The translations under genes and the position numbers were made by a program. This document shows positions 53,096 to 64,000 of a stretch of DNA of 64,000 nt, one piece after another. Positions within the stretch are counted from its first letter, which is position 1; every line of letters starts with the position of its first letter. The notes under the pieces are model-generated. The model was not told the DNA's origin. It searched no databases and was given only the letters and a program-made list of their open reading frames with translations. This DNA is from Balanoglossus misakiensis (Eukaryota; Animalia; Hemichordata), in contig CM082580.2 in NCBI GenBank assembly GCA_040954595.2, positions 236,683 through 300,682 of the forward strand. The letters are read 5' to 3'.

Positions 53096-54701
53096 AGTAT
53101 ATATATTGGGAGGTGACTACAGCAGTGCGAGAAAAGTAAAGACCTGATGCGAGTAAGGGAAGATTCTAGCTGATTTGAATCAGACTTACCTTCAGCACAA
53201 GCTGCTACTTCACACATTGACAGACTGACATCATCACATCTTGCATGATACAATGGGTAATTATTTTCAAAGAGGTTTAACCTCACACATTGCCCAGTGG
53301 AGGCATCAGGTTCTGTGTCTGCCCATCGACCATCAAAGACACTACCTTTCCTGCCATCTGAATAATCATATTCCACACTGCCATCTCGATTGGGTCCACT
53401 AAATCCTATAAAATGGAAATAAAGAAAGAAGATGCATACAGCAGTGTTTCATCCAGGATGGGGGGGGGGGATATGTCCCCCTTTGCTTGAATAGTTGCAC
53501 TCTTGCAAGGAGGGGAATGAGTGACATCGCTGAGTCTGTAAGGGGCACCATTTCCCCCTTGACAAATTTCTAGGGGGGTGCCAACATGCTGACAGTGGGC
53601 GAATTCCCTCATCCCTCCATCTGGATGAAAAACTGCATACAGAGTCACTTAATAGCAAGATTTTGTGAGGTTATTGAGATGTAAAAAATAGGCTTTTCAA
53701 TTACCATCTTGAGACAATTATCATTCAAGTGTTACTATGCAGTGCTTACTTGTAAACTGTCAAATTCCAAAACCAGTTATTTTTTACACTTGATACACCC
53801 ACAAATTATTTGGGAACACTGACAAACACTGTTAAAAGACACACTCACCAATCCAACCATGGTTCGCTGTTTCATTGGAAGTCTCTTCAATCTGGTTTAC
53901 AATCTCTGCTCCAGCATAACGATTTTCAGAATAACCCTCAATTACTGTCAAGTGCCCACCATAAAATCTGAAAATAAACCAATTTATAACACATCAAACA
54001 TGTTCCAAACTAATTTCGAAATTCCAGTCCGTGAATAATACATTTCCTCTTTGAAAACATTTAATATTGGTGAATAAGAGGTTCATAAATGTATAACATT
54101 AGATTTTTGTTTGTAAAGTCTATATTTTGTGTTACACCTTTCCAATAAGTGTGTGATTAGTGTAGATTTCGGCAGAATTTCTGGGAAAAAAGAATCTGTG
54201 AAAAATTCACCTGAATTTTGGGGAGAAAAAAATTTGCTGAACGTTTCCTTTGAATAAAAAAGTTCAGCTTATTTCTTTTAGAGAAAACATGACAATTTCC
54301 AGGAAATGGCTGTTGTTGTTTTTTTTTGGTGTGAATAAACTTAAAAGACAAATTCTGATACAGTTGCATCAAGGTGATGGAAGAAAATCCCAGATTAACA
54401 GGATATTTGGAGAATTTATCCAGAATTTCAAAATTAGTTCGAAATGTGACATTGTGTTATCAATGATCTGTGTTGAGCAGTCGAACGATGAACGGGTAGT
54501 TGACAATTCCCACGAGCACACCCGTATCTTTCCTCGGTAGTTGCGCCGGGCCGGTCGGCAATGTAACAGAAAAAGTGGTACGATATGCCAGCTGAGCCGT
54601 CGCTAGTCTACAATTCCGAGTCTACAAGGCCGTCTCTAACTAAAAATTATAATAACTATCGAGGAACGTGACAATTATATCAGCGAATGTGGGGCTGGGG
54701 G

Positions 54702-55017
54702 TTGCTGCAGTTTGCAGCCCCTCCATCTCCCCTGGACGATTTTTGTTTTTGCGGGGCTGCAGGTCCCAGCTATTCTAAACCGCACAACGAGCGACCGGGA
54801 TTTGGGCCCGGAGCGAATTTCTACACTCCAGACGTCTCCAGTCCACAATTTTCCACAATTTTTTCGCCAAATCGGTCCCGGAACCCATACAGCGCTTACC
54901 TGGCAAAGGATGTCGCGGTATTTGTCGATTTTGCCTACGTTTTCCCCAGTTATTCAACTTCAATCGGCAAAACCAAAACTCGTTCAGGGGAGATGGAGGG
55001 GCTGCAAACTGCAGCAA
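54702..55017. mobile_element. MITE with ~50-bp TIRs
   Basis: ttgctgcagtttgcagcccctccatctcccctg and its reverse complement ending at 55017. No clear TSD. Confidence 0.7.
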
Positions 55018-58000
55018 GGCAGAATATATGACCAAAGGATACGCGTGAAAAAAAGACAATTACCTACTTTGCTACCGTGGGTCTTTGACTAATTAAAACA
55101 TGATAACGTGCATCAAAGCCAGCCGAGGCTTCAGGGGCATAGTATTCCTGAGTTTATACGCGAAGAAACCAAGAAATATTCATGAGTATGTAGACGGAAC
55201 TTGTCTTTTAGCTCAAATTTGACCTGGCTTGAGGTCACTGTGACAGCGCAGCCAGCGGTAGAATTGGGGTAGGCATGAAGAACATATCTACTACAAAAAC
55301 TGGTGAGGGTGGGGGGGGGGGAGATGGGGGGGGGTGGGGGCTTTTCAGTTTAGTCACGGTCCTTGGTTTTGGCCTTCGGCTTCACTAGAAAAGCCAAAAA
55401 ACCACAATGCCGAAGGCCAACTCGTCGAAGCACCTGGTACGTCTATGGCAGAAGTCAGTATTTACATGTTCTGACTCGGTACACGCCATGCACTTGCCAA
55501 GAGATTCCACGAGGAATACCATGATGATGAACGGCTCGGGCGTCTTCGTGTGCACGAAGACACGATACTAGACTTCATTGACCCTGTCTCATTCTTTTCT
55601 TTTCATGCGCATAAGGACATGAAAAGTCGACCTAACCTTTTGTTTTATCACTTACTGTGGTTTTATAGGGATGCTGTGAGTGAAAAAGTGGCACATTCGG
55701 GTTGTTGCCTTATACTTAATTTCTCCATTTCTATTGGAGCAGGCTACACCGGGCCCAGGGTCGAACTTAAACCAATTTGCAGCCGTGATGGTCGAACAAT
55801 GTCCGACAAACTTTAGGCACGTCAAGCTTATGCCTTCCTGGGTCGCCCGACAAGAATGAACTTCTATTTTAACGATAGGGCCTATTCCAATCGATACCCG
55901 CCGTATCAGTCACGCAATAATGAACACGAAATCCAGATCCCCCAAAATGATGTTTCACTAGACTCGGGGAGAGTGCTGTTTAGTACCAACAGGCAATTAA
56001 AGGTATACGGTCACCTATGGAAAATTAGCTATAGTTACCATGGCAAATTGAGATGTAGCCAATCACAGATTTTTAGTGGGTGGCACACGCGAAAAAAGAG
56101 CGCCGCCATATGTTCTCATCTCAGCCATATATGGTCCTATGTAACCACCTCATGTCATTTACAGAATTGGAACACCCTAAAGAATGTCATGCAGACAATG
56201 TCACGTGTTGTTCCATGACCAACCAAACAACAAACTCATGTCCAAATCAATTAAATTCCAAAGAATGCTCCAAATATGCAGAATTGCCACGCAAGTCGAG
56301 CATACTTAAGCACTCTGCACAACTGAAACATAAAATCCAAGCTTTTAACAATACAACAATAAACAATCCATTCTGATCGAATTAATGACCAAATAAAACG
56401 AAAAACACAACTCGACCCACAAAAAGTATACGAAGCGCTTTTAATCGCTCATTAATGTTTGATCTCGAGGAGACGTGTTAAAAAATCCGCTATGAAAAGC
56501 AGGGCAGAACAATAGCCTATTTTTACCAGGTAAACAAACACCAGGTAAAAATCCACCCATGCTTCCAGACCGCTCTAGGATAGTGATCCACCCAATGAAA
56601 CTGTATCTCTTTAACTTTAATTTGCAAACTCGTGGAATTGATCATTTTATAAATCGCTCCATTTTGACGTTTTCTCTGTGGTTTGTTAATACGAATTTTG
56701 TCTGTGCCAAATCTGTCCTCTAATACTGTCACTTGTATTAGAGTTCAAATTACACAGAAGTATAATACAACGTTTTGAAAAAGACAGACATTTTTCGTGT
56801 GAACGGTGATATACTTAGGCCACACTCGAGCTAAAAACAAAAGTCTATATTTTATCAAAAATGCCTTGGACGCACAAACATCTACAGGATGTGGAAGGGG
56901 CGGGTCAACACCGCGATCTACAACTGTGCCTCCCCCCCCCCCCCGGCTGTCTTGCTTCTATTTGGAGTGTCAATATGTGATTTAGCTTTGTTTGCGGCAG
57001 AGACTAAGCTTTGTTCTTGTTTCACTCCATTTGCTGCATTGTGCTGTGCTCTGGTATTTCTCCAGGGTCTACGGTTACACTATAGGCTGATTAGTCGTAT
57101 CTTTACTACACAGACAAAAAACTTCGAAGCTTTATGTCTGTGCCTTTTATGAACAAGCATCGTCCGATTCGAATTCGACTCGTCATCGGTAGCTATGTTT
57201 ATTTCGCCCTTGGAGACCTCCCCTGGCCTCGTTAGGATGACTGTTACCAGGACTACCTTAAACCAATCTTTTCGAACCGGACGGTACACACGACATGTCT
57301 ATGTTAATTGTCCAGGTACCAGAGTGTACGTGTGGGCTCCCTAAACCCCTCATTGGCGGCCGGTCCCTGTCCGAATAAACACGTTTGACAGACAAAAAAT
57401 GATGAACAAGTGGCTTACTTCAATACTTCGTTAACTAGACGGCTGAACTCTGAATGTTGATTCAGCAAAAAAAATGTGTTTACGGCAAGGTTTCGATCAA
57501 TACGACACATTTACCATTGAAAACGCCCAAAGTAAGTGGGGGCGTTTGACCATCAATCAAACCCACGCCCAGGTGCATGTGAACGGCCGAAGCAGTGTAA
57601 CGTTTCACATTCCGTGCAACGTCCGACACTGTGTGAAAGCGGTTGCTGTCGGGTGGCTTGACCTAATTTTCGTACATTGATATGCATTTGACACCTCACT
57701 ACCTGTTTTCTTAATATTGCTAAAACTTTGCGTTGAAATATCACTGAAATGTTGATGATCCACGCACAAGTCGTCTACCCCGGCATGAAAAGCTTTTATA
57801 CAAGAAAACTAATTGCACATGACCACCAAGGTCATACCGCAAGGTGTGTCTAAATGTCAAGGAAGGACATTGGGAGGGGGGACTTGGGTCGAGAACGACC
57901 ATGACGGAGGAAAAACCGACAAGTCATTGTGTAACCTGTTTACTTGCCAATAGTCAAACGTCAAAATTTACTCTCAACTTGGTTGCAGATCGAGTCTCCC

Positions 58001-58694
58001 GAATTTCCAACTTTTATGATTGGGTAAATACCGATATGCGACTGGTATGCGACGCGTTGACGACGCGAAGATTTTGTTGAAATCAAATGGTTTGTCAAAT
58101 GTCATCTCACAGTGGAGATACCGTGGTCATCTGACATGAAAGGGTTCGATTGGGTCTGACCGCCGTCGTTCATCCATGCTTAGAAAGCGGCGATCATGGT
58201 ACAAAGTAAAACCAAGGTCAAACCTTACTGAACACATGTATTGCATGGAGAAACTTTTCTCCCTGTCTGTGTACTGAACACGTACCGTGATTGCCATAGT
58301 TACAAACGTTACCACGTGAGAGAGAGTGCATTTTACATCTGTCTTTTCAATTTTGTTGCTTTCTTACTATTCGGAATGATGGAGTCGAAACGAAAACTTT
58401 TTGCTTCAGGTGGACCTAGGGGAAATACCTTATTTGTGACTTTTTTCATGACCCTAAAAAGACGTCGGAATTAATGTGGCTGAGGTCACTCAGGACGACG
58501 GAATGGTTGAGCGATTTTATTTTATGAGCTCCCACTAGTATTTGTTTTATTGTTTCGGCAGTGTGTCGCGTTATTCGAGCAATCTGCAGTCTGAAAACGA
58601 ACGGTTTTCAAAGTTTATAACAGAAGAACAGGGGTTTAAGCATGAAAGGTCCTGTTGTCTCCCTCGCTGTGTTTGTGTCACTGTGTCTTTGACG

Positions 58695-58895
58695 TCTGAC
58701 TGACTGATTAACTGGCTGACTGACTTACTGACTGTCTGTCAACGTCGGTCTGTCTGACTGTCTGCCCCCTCTCTCTGAGAGAGAGAGTGAGCGACCGAGC
58801 GAGCGAGCGACCGATGAGTGTCTCTACTGATGAATGTTGCTCTGTCTGTCTGCTTGTGTCTGTCTGCCACTCTGCCTGTTTCACTCTGTCTCTCC
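58695..58895. repeat. Compound microsatellite (CTGA)n/(CTGT)n/(GA)n/(GAGC)n
   Basis: Directly visible. Confidence 0.75.
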
Positions 58896-61800
58896 TAATT
58901 TCTTTAAATTTAGGGATATGCTATTAATGCGATATGAAAGTCAGACACGACGGAAACCTTTTATTCTCAAAACTGTCTGTTGTTTGCTGTTAAATATTGC
59001 AAAAGGTTAAGGGCCCTTTTCGCACGAGACACATGGCTTTGCAGCCGTAGCTCCCAATGTCATAACGATTACCCGAACTACCCTAATTTTAGCCCGCCGA
59101 CCCAAAACAGTTTAGATCTTCGTAAACCGGAAGTAAAAATAACGATGTCAAATATACAACAATTCATGAAAATTGCGAGAATCACGCAAGAACTATGATG
59201 TCATTCTTCTACACTACGACGGCCAAAGATATAAAAAAATTGAAAAATAAAAAAATGTCCCTTTCTACCTACCCTATTTTTTGAAAACCATGTAATCGGA
59301 ATAGCACATATTAGTTTTTTTGGCCTGAGACATATCCAATTTCCCAACTGAACATGACACGTGATCAAGCATTTTCGACTTATCAGATGCAATCGCTGAA
59401 CACCTCACACTAAGCGAGGTTTTGTCTGTCTTTATACGCGCCCTTTGTATTTGTGCGTGACATGTCCAAGCCTTGTTAGGATCTCCCATAAAATTCTACT
59501 CAAATGATGTATACTTTCATACTTACGACTGACAGGTATTTTCAGCGTTGCCAGCTGATTGTTTGTCAGGTACCGCTTTATAACAAGACGCCCCTCTGAG
59601 TTGATAACCTGCAATGTAACATCATTCAATTGGTCTAGTCATGTTAGCATTAGTAAAATGCTTCAAAAGTGTTAAAGGGACATGATACAAGACACCGTTT
59701 ATGTTAGTGAATGAACGTTCAACCACACACAACTTCCATCCCGCTTGTATGATACGAGAGTAAAAACCCGCCCGAAATGAATAAATGGTAGAGACCGTTT
59801 ATTCATTTTGGCGACTTTTTAAAACTCTCGTGTCTATACAAGCGGAGTGGAAGGTGTGTATGGTTGAACGTTGATTCACTATATCCACATGTAGAATAAT
59901 ATAAACGCAGTCTTGTATCAAACATAATTAATGGAAAAAGGGCAGCGAGAGAGAGACTTTGTCCCTTTAATGAATACAGCCACAATGTTCTGTTTATATC
60001 TACTGACGGACCAGGCATGGATTGTCACGTATAATTCTTTGAAACGTTTGGTCCTCTGAAGAAATCTGAGCACTCATCTACTCAGTTTGCTTATTTTGTC
60101 TTCCTCCACCAGTCAGTGGTATCGTCCGATTTGATACTCCACTCTAAGCCTCTTTCTGAATGGCTATTTAAGTTGTGATCTGTAAGTCTTAAACCTTTCA
60201 TCACCCCCCCCCCCCCCCGTTTCCTCTTTAGAGGTCCAACATTACCATAGAAAACAATTGGTTTTGACTGAACCATGTTGGTGAAAGGGCTAGGGTCAAT
60301 TCAACTTACCTTCTGGACATTCATATTTCACAAAGGGTGTTCCAAACAGTGCTCCAAGATCCAATTGCTGTTACAAATAAACAATAAGTTAGCTGCCAGT
60401 ACACTCAATGATGTACGCGCAGAACGTCAACTGGTAAACTGTGCGCCTGTGTCTCTTCCCATAGGAGTACATGGAGAATAGTTAGAAAACTCCCTTCTAT
60501 TATTGTCATTTTCAGGAAATTTTACACATAGCTCCGACAAATCAAAATAAAGACCACGGTCTATTTTGAGATAAACTTTGTTCAATATTGTATCCATAGG
60601 CAAACCATTGGTAGAAAATGCTGACCGTCAGCAGTTTTCTTCAATTATCGACTAAATTCACGGCCTTGTTTAAAGTCGAAAACAAGTGCAGTGACCCAAA
60701 ATGGATTTTCATTATACATACAAATCAGAAACGAAAATCCACGATTAAAAGAAATGACAATACAAAACACCGTTTATGTTAATGTAAATGTGGATATATA
60801 GTGATGCAACGTTCAACCGCACACACCTTCCATCCCGCATGTTGACACGAGAGCGAAAACTCGCCAAACTGAAAAATCGGTCTCTACCATTTATTCATTT
60901 TGGGCGAGTTTTTACTCTCATATCATACAAGCAGGATGGAAGTTGTGTGTGGTTGAACGTTCATTCACTACATATACACATGCCCATTAATATAAACGGT
61001 GTCTTGTATCAAACATTATTAATAGAAAAGGGCGACGGGAGAGAGAGTTTGCCCCTTTAAGGCGACATGATGCATGAAGTGGCGAGAGATAAACGCGACT
61101 GACCACCGCATTAAACACTGTCAAGCAAGGCACTTCAAATGCCAATTGTTTAAGTGTGTACTAAGTAATAGCTTCATGTACCATGTCCTGGGGGGGGGGG
61201 GGGAGGGGTCAAATCACAACAGTTGGACATGTACGAATATGAAGAGACGATATCAGTTTTTTCATGTCTTCCTTTAGTAAACAATCTTTTTTGAACTTTG
61301 TATAGAATTCATTGAACTTTACTTTAGCTTATGAACTCTCATTTGCACATCGTCATCTTGAAATTGTGTCGACTTTATCATAAGGTTTTTATAACTCAAC
61401 TAGGTCGCAAAACCTATTTAAGTTAGTGAGAATAGGACGTTCACCTTTTGGGTTGATGGCTACAGACATTAATCCTGACTCATACACATGTTGCAGCCAG
61501 TATACTCTGCAGACATTGGACACAATAGTTTTACTAACCATTGAATTTTATTGGACCATCAAGTTTATTGACCCATGACGTTCATATAGATTGTATGACA
61601 CGACTGACGCTATAATCGGTCCATACCTTCGGCGAGCCAAGTGTTTTATAACATCATAAGATATTAATACCTATCACCCAGTCAAACGATTTCAAGTTAT
61701 ACAATTTCCACGCCAATAGGACGCCTTTAGGTGGAAATGCAACCAGGTATCCTGAATAGGAAAATATTCCGGGTATCTGTCAAGTTTAGTCCCATATTTA

Positions 61801-62442
61801 GGGGACCAAGAGCCCTCAGGCGCTTGGTCCCCTTCTGTTATTGCTGGAGTTTGTCTTCTTTCTTCTTGAGTCGTTTTTTTGCGCCCGTTTTTCTCTGAAA
61901 TTCCGGCAGGTGCGCCTTCCAAATTTGGCACGGTGGTTGGGGCCCATAGTACTGGTGCACCAGCCCTTTGAATTTGTAATTAGTCACGTGACTTTGTTGC
62001 TATAATCGAGCGAAATTTTCAAATTGACCTAATTTGCACGTTAATGGGGGCATGTACAGTCTTTTCGCGATTTTTGTAGACCATGTGGCCAAAATCCCCT
62101 GTGCCAAATTTCAAGGTCCTAGGCCACGTCGATTTTGAGAAGAAGATTTTTGTAATATTTTTTCGCTTTTTTTGGTGGGCTGAGGACGGACACTGGGGCA
62201 TCGGACTTTGACCGTCATTACGTTATGTTGTGGAGATCTCATTAGCAGGCTACTCACTTCTGGCGGGTTGCAGTAGTCCTTGGAAAATCGGCTGAAATAC
62301 GTAAACAGACCAGTGATTATTTTCCACGGAATGAATTTTGGGACAACACATTATCGGAGTTCAGGCTGTGTTAGGGCGTTTTATTGAATTACGCTGAGTT
62401 TGGATTGACTACTGTGTTACCACTGAAATTTCTCATAGCAAT

Positions 62443-64000
62443 GTTCTTTCAATTTCGAGTCTTTGCAATGTTGTTGACTCCGACCATATTCCTGTTTCAA
62501 TGGAGGTTCATTTCAACACTTCTGCTGATGAAAGCTTCAGCAGTAGTTCCTTCAAGCAATGTAATTTTCGAGTTGATTGGAAAAAATTGTCACAGCAGAA
62601 TATATCCGCCTACACCGGTTGTACCAAAGCCAAGATTGATAAGATTAATTTATCCGAAGAGTTATTCTGCACTAATGTGAACTGTACAGACCCTTCGCAT
62701 TTACAGGCAATTGATACTTGTTATAGTAGTATTGTGGACGCATTGAATTGTGCTGCAAAAGATACCATTAGACGTAAGTTTCACCAGAAAGTTCATGTTG
62801 TGCCTGGCTGGAACGATTTTGTAAAAGAAAGTCACGACTATGCCCGTTCCATGTTTTTATTATGGGTTAATGTGGGTAAACCTAAACAAGGCCCGCTTTT
62901 TGAAACCATGAAATCTTCCAGAGCTCGTTTTTAGTATGCTTTACGTGCTTGTAAAAAGATTGAGAATCAAAATAGGGCTGACAAGATGGCTGATAATTTA
63001 CGCTGCCACAAACAGAACGACTTCTGGGAGGAAGTCAGAAAGCAAACTAGCAGAAAAACGCCGCTTTCTGACACTGTAGGTGGAGCGACTGGTGAGAGTG
63101 AAATTGCAATTATGTGGCACAAGCATTTCAGTGATATTTTGAATTCTGTCCAGGCTCAGACTGGTAAAAATGACATCGAGGAGAAAATGAAGTATGTTAA
63201 ATTTTCTTCTGATATGTATGTTTCTGAAGACGAAGTAATTTCTGCTATACATAAGTTACCTGACGGTAAGACAGCTGGCATTGACAATATTTTAGCTGAG
63301 CACCTCAAATTCTCAGACTCCTCTATTTTACCCTTTTTGACTTGTTGTATTAATGCAATGATTGTTCATGGTTACCTGCCAACTGAGGCTATCAATGTTA
63401 ATTTAGTTCCAATTATTAAGGATAAAACTAAGCTTTGTAGTGATGCCAGTAACTACCGGCCGATAGCACTAGCAACTTTTTTCTCTAAAGTTTTTTGAGC
63501 ATATTTTACTTTCTCGTTGTGAGGAGTTTCTTACCTCTCATTATTTACAATTTGGTTTCAAGCGAGAACATTCAACTGACCTGTGTTTATTTGCATTTAA
63601 AGAAATCATTAGCTACTACACCAGCAATGGAAGACCAGTGTTTACTTGTTTTCTGGATGCTTCAAAAGCTTTTGACAGAGTTAATCACTTTAAACTGGTT
63701 ATAATTAACAAGCACATCGACAGGAATGTTCCCTTGTATGCTGTACGAATTTTATATTAATGGTACAGAAATCAATTGTTTACTGTGTTGTGGGGTAATG
63801 AACCCTCAGAGTTGTTTTCTGTTTCTAACGGTGTAAGACAAGGGGGGTACTCTCTCCCTATCTTTTTAATGTCTACATTGATGATATTATCAATGCACTC
63901 TGTAAAGCCAAAGTTGGCTGTACCATGTGTGGTGTCAGCGCTAACACTTTAGGTTACGCTGACGACATGACTCTACTCAGTCCAAGTATTAAGGGTCTAC
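62443..64000 (+). mobile_element. Degenerate non-LTR retrotransposon ORF2 (RTE-X-like): endonuclease end plus reverse transcriptase, runs off the window
   Basis: SDHIPV, PGWN..W...GKP..G, NYRPIAL, FLDASKAFDRV, GVRQGG and YADD motifs. Stop at 62932-62934 and frameshifts from ~63495. The clade assignment is from memory. Confidence 0.9.

Larger units (their letters stand above)
40946..53967 (-). pseudogene. uif: uninflatable/SP1070-like multidomain gene fragment (CTL-CUBx3-sushi x4-EGFx2), 14 exons, probably pseudogenised
   Basis: Exons (minus strand): 53967-53849, 53405-53190 (C-type lectin); 50540-~50416, 49091-48890, 48596-48445, 47684-47483, 45913-45729, 45075-44892 (3 CUB); 44155-~44055, 43819-43640, 42935-42753, 42442-42260 (sushi); 41781-41653, 41131-40946 (Ca-EGF). 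Intron phases are compatible where splice sites survive. The domain order and the EGF insert GYLLYANNGTGGFYLPPGETG...NQSCV resemble Uif (recognised from memory). Several lesions are present. Confidence 0.8.

Noticed and set aside
55440-60160. Possible upstream uif exons or other coding exons (e.g. ~55480-55590, ~57130-57290, ~60090-60150)
   Set aside because: No signal peptide or lectin N-terminal motif, and no convincing pair of splice sites, could be read.

Overview
AT-rich, repeat-dense eukaryotic DNA with spliceosomal GT-AG introns, probably from a marine invertebrate (inferred from the transposon complement). The window has four main parts. (1) 1-27 kb: a roughly 6-7 kb segmental duplication (about 4.2-11.1 kb and 13.7-19.3 kb) carrying repeated small + strand exons of a probable lncRNA, many MITEs and Helentron-type (HINE) repeats. 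It also holds an intact two-exon hAT transposon (7384-10386) with an atypical 5-bp TSD (hAT5-like). (2) 27.7-40.1 kb: a 12-kb satellite of 90-bp and 74-bp monomers with layered higher-order duplications, interrupted at its midpoint by an 832-bp MITE with perfect 32-bp TIRs and a 7-bp TSD. (3) 40.9-54 kb, minus strand: 14 exons of an uninflatable/SP1070-like gene (C-type lectin, 3 CUB, 4 sushi, 2 EGF). It appears to be a truncated pseudogene, with a TGA stop, a mutated acceptor, a frameshift and two exons cut by repeats. (4) A decayed LINE (RTE-X-like) running off the right end. No rRNA, tRNA or CRISPR array was seen.
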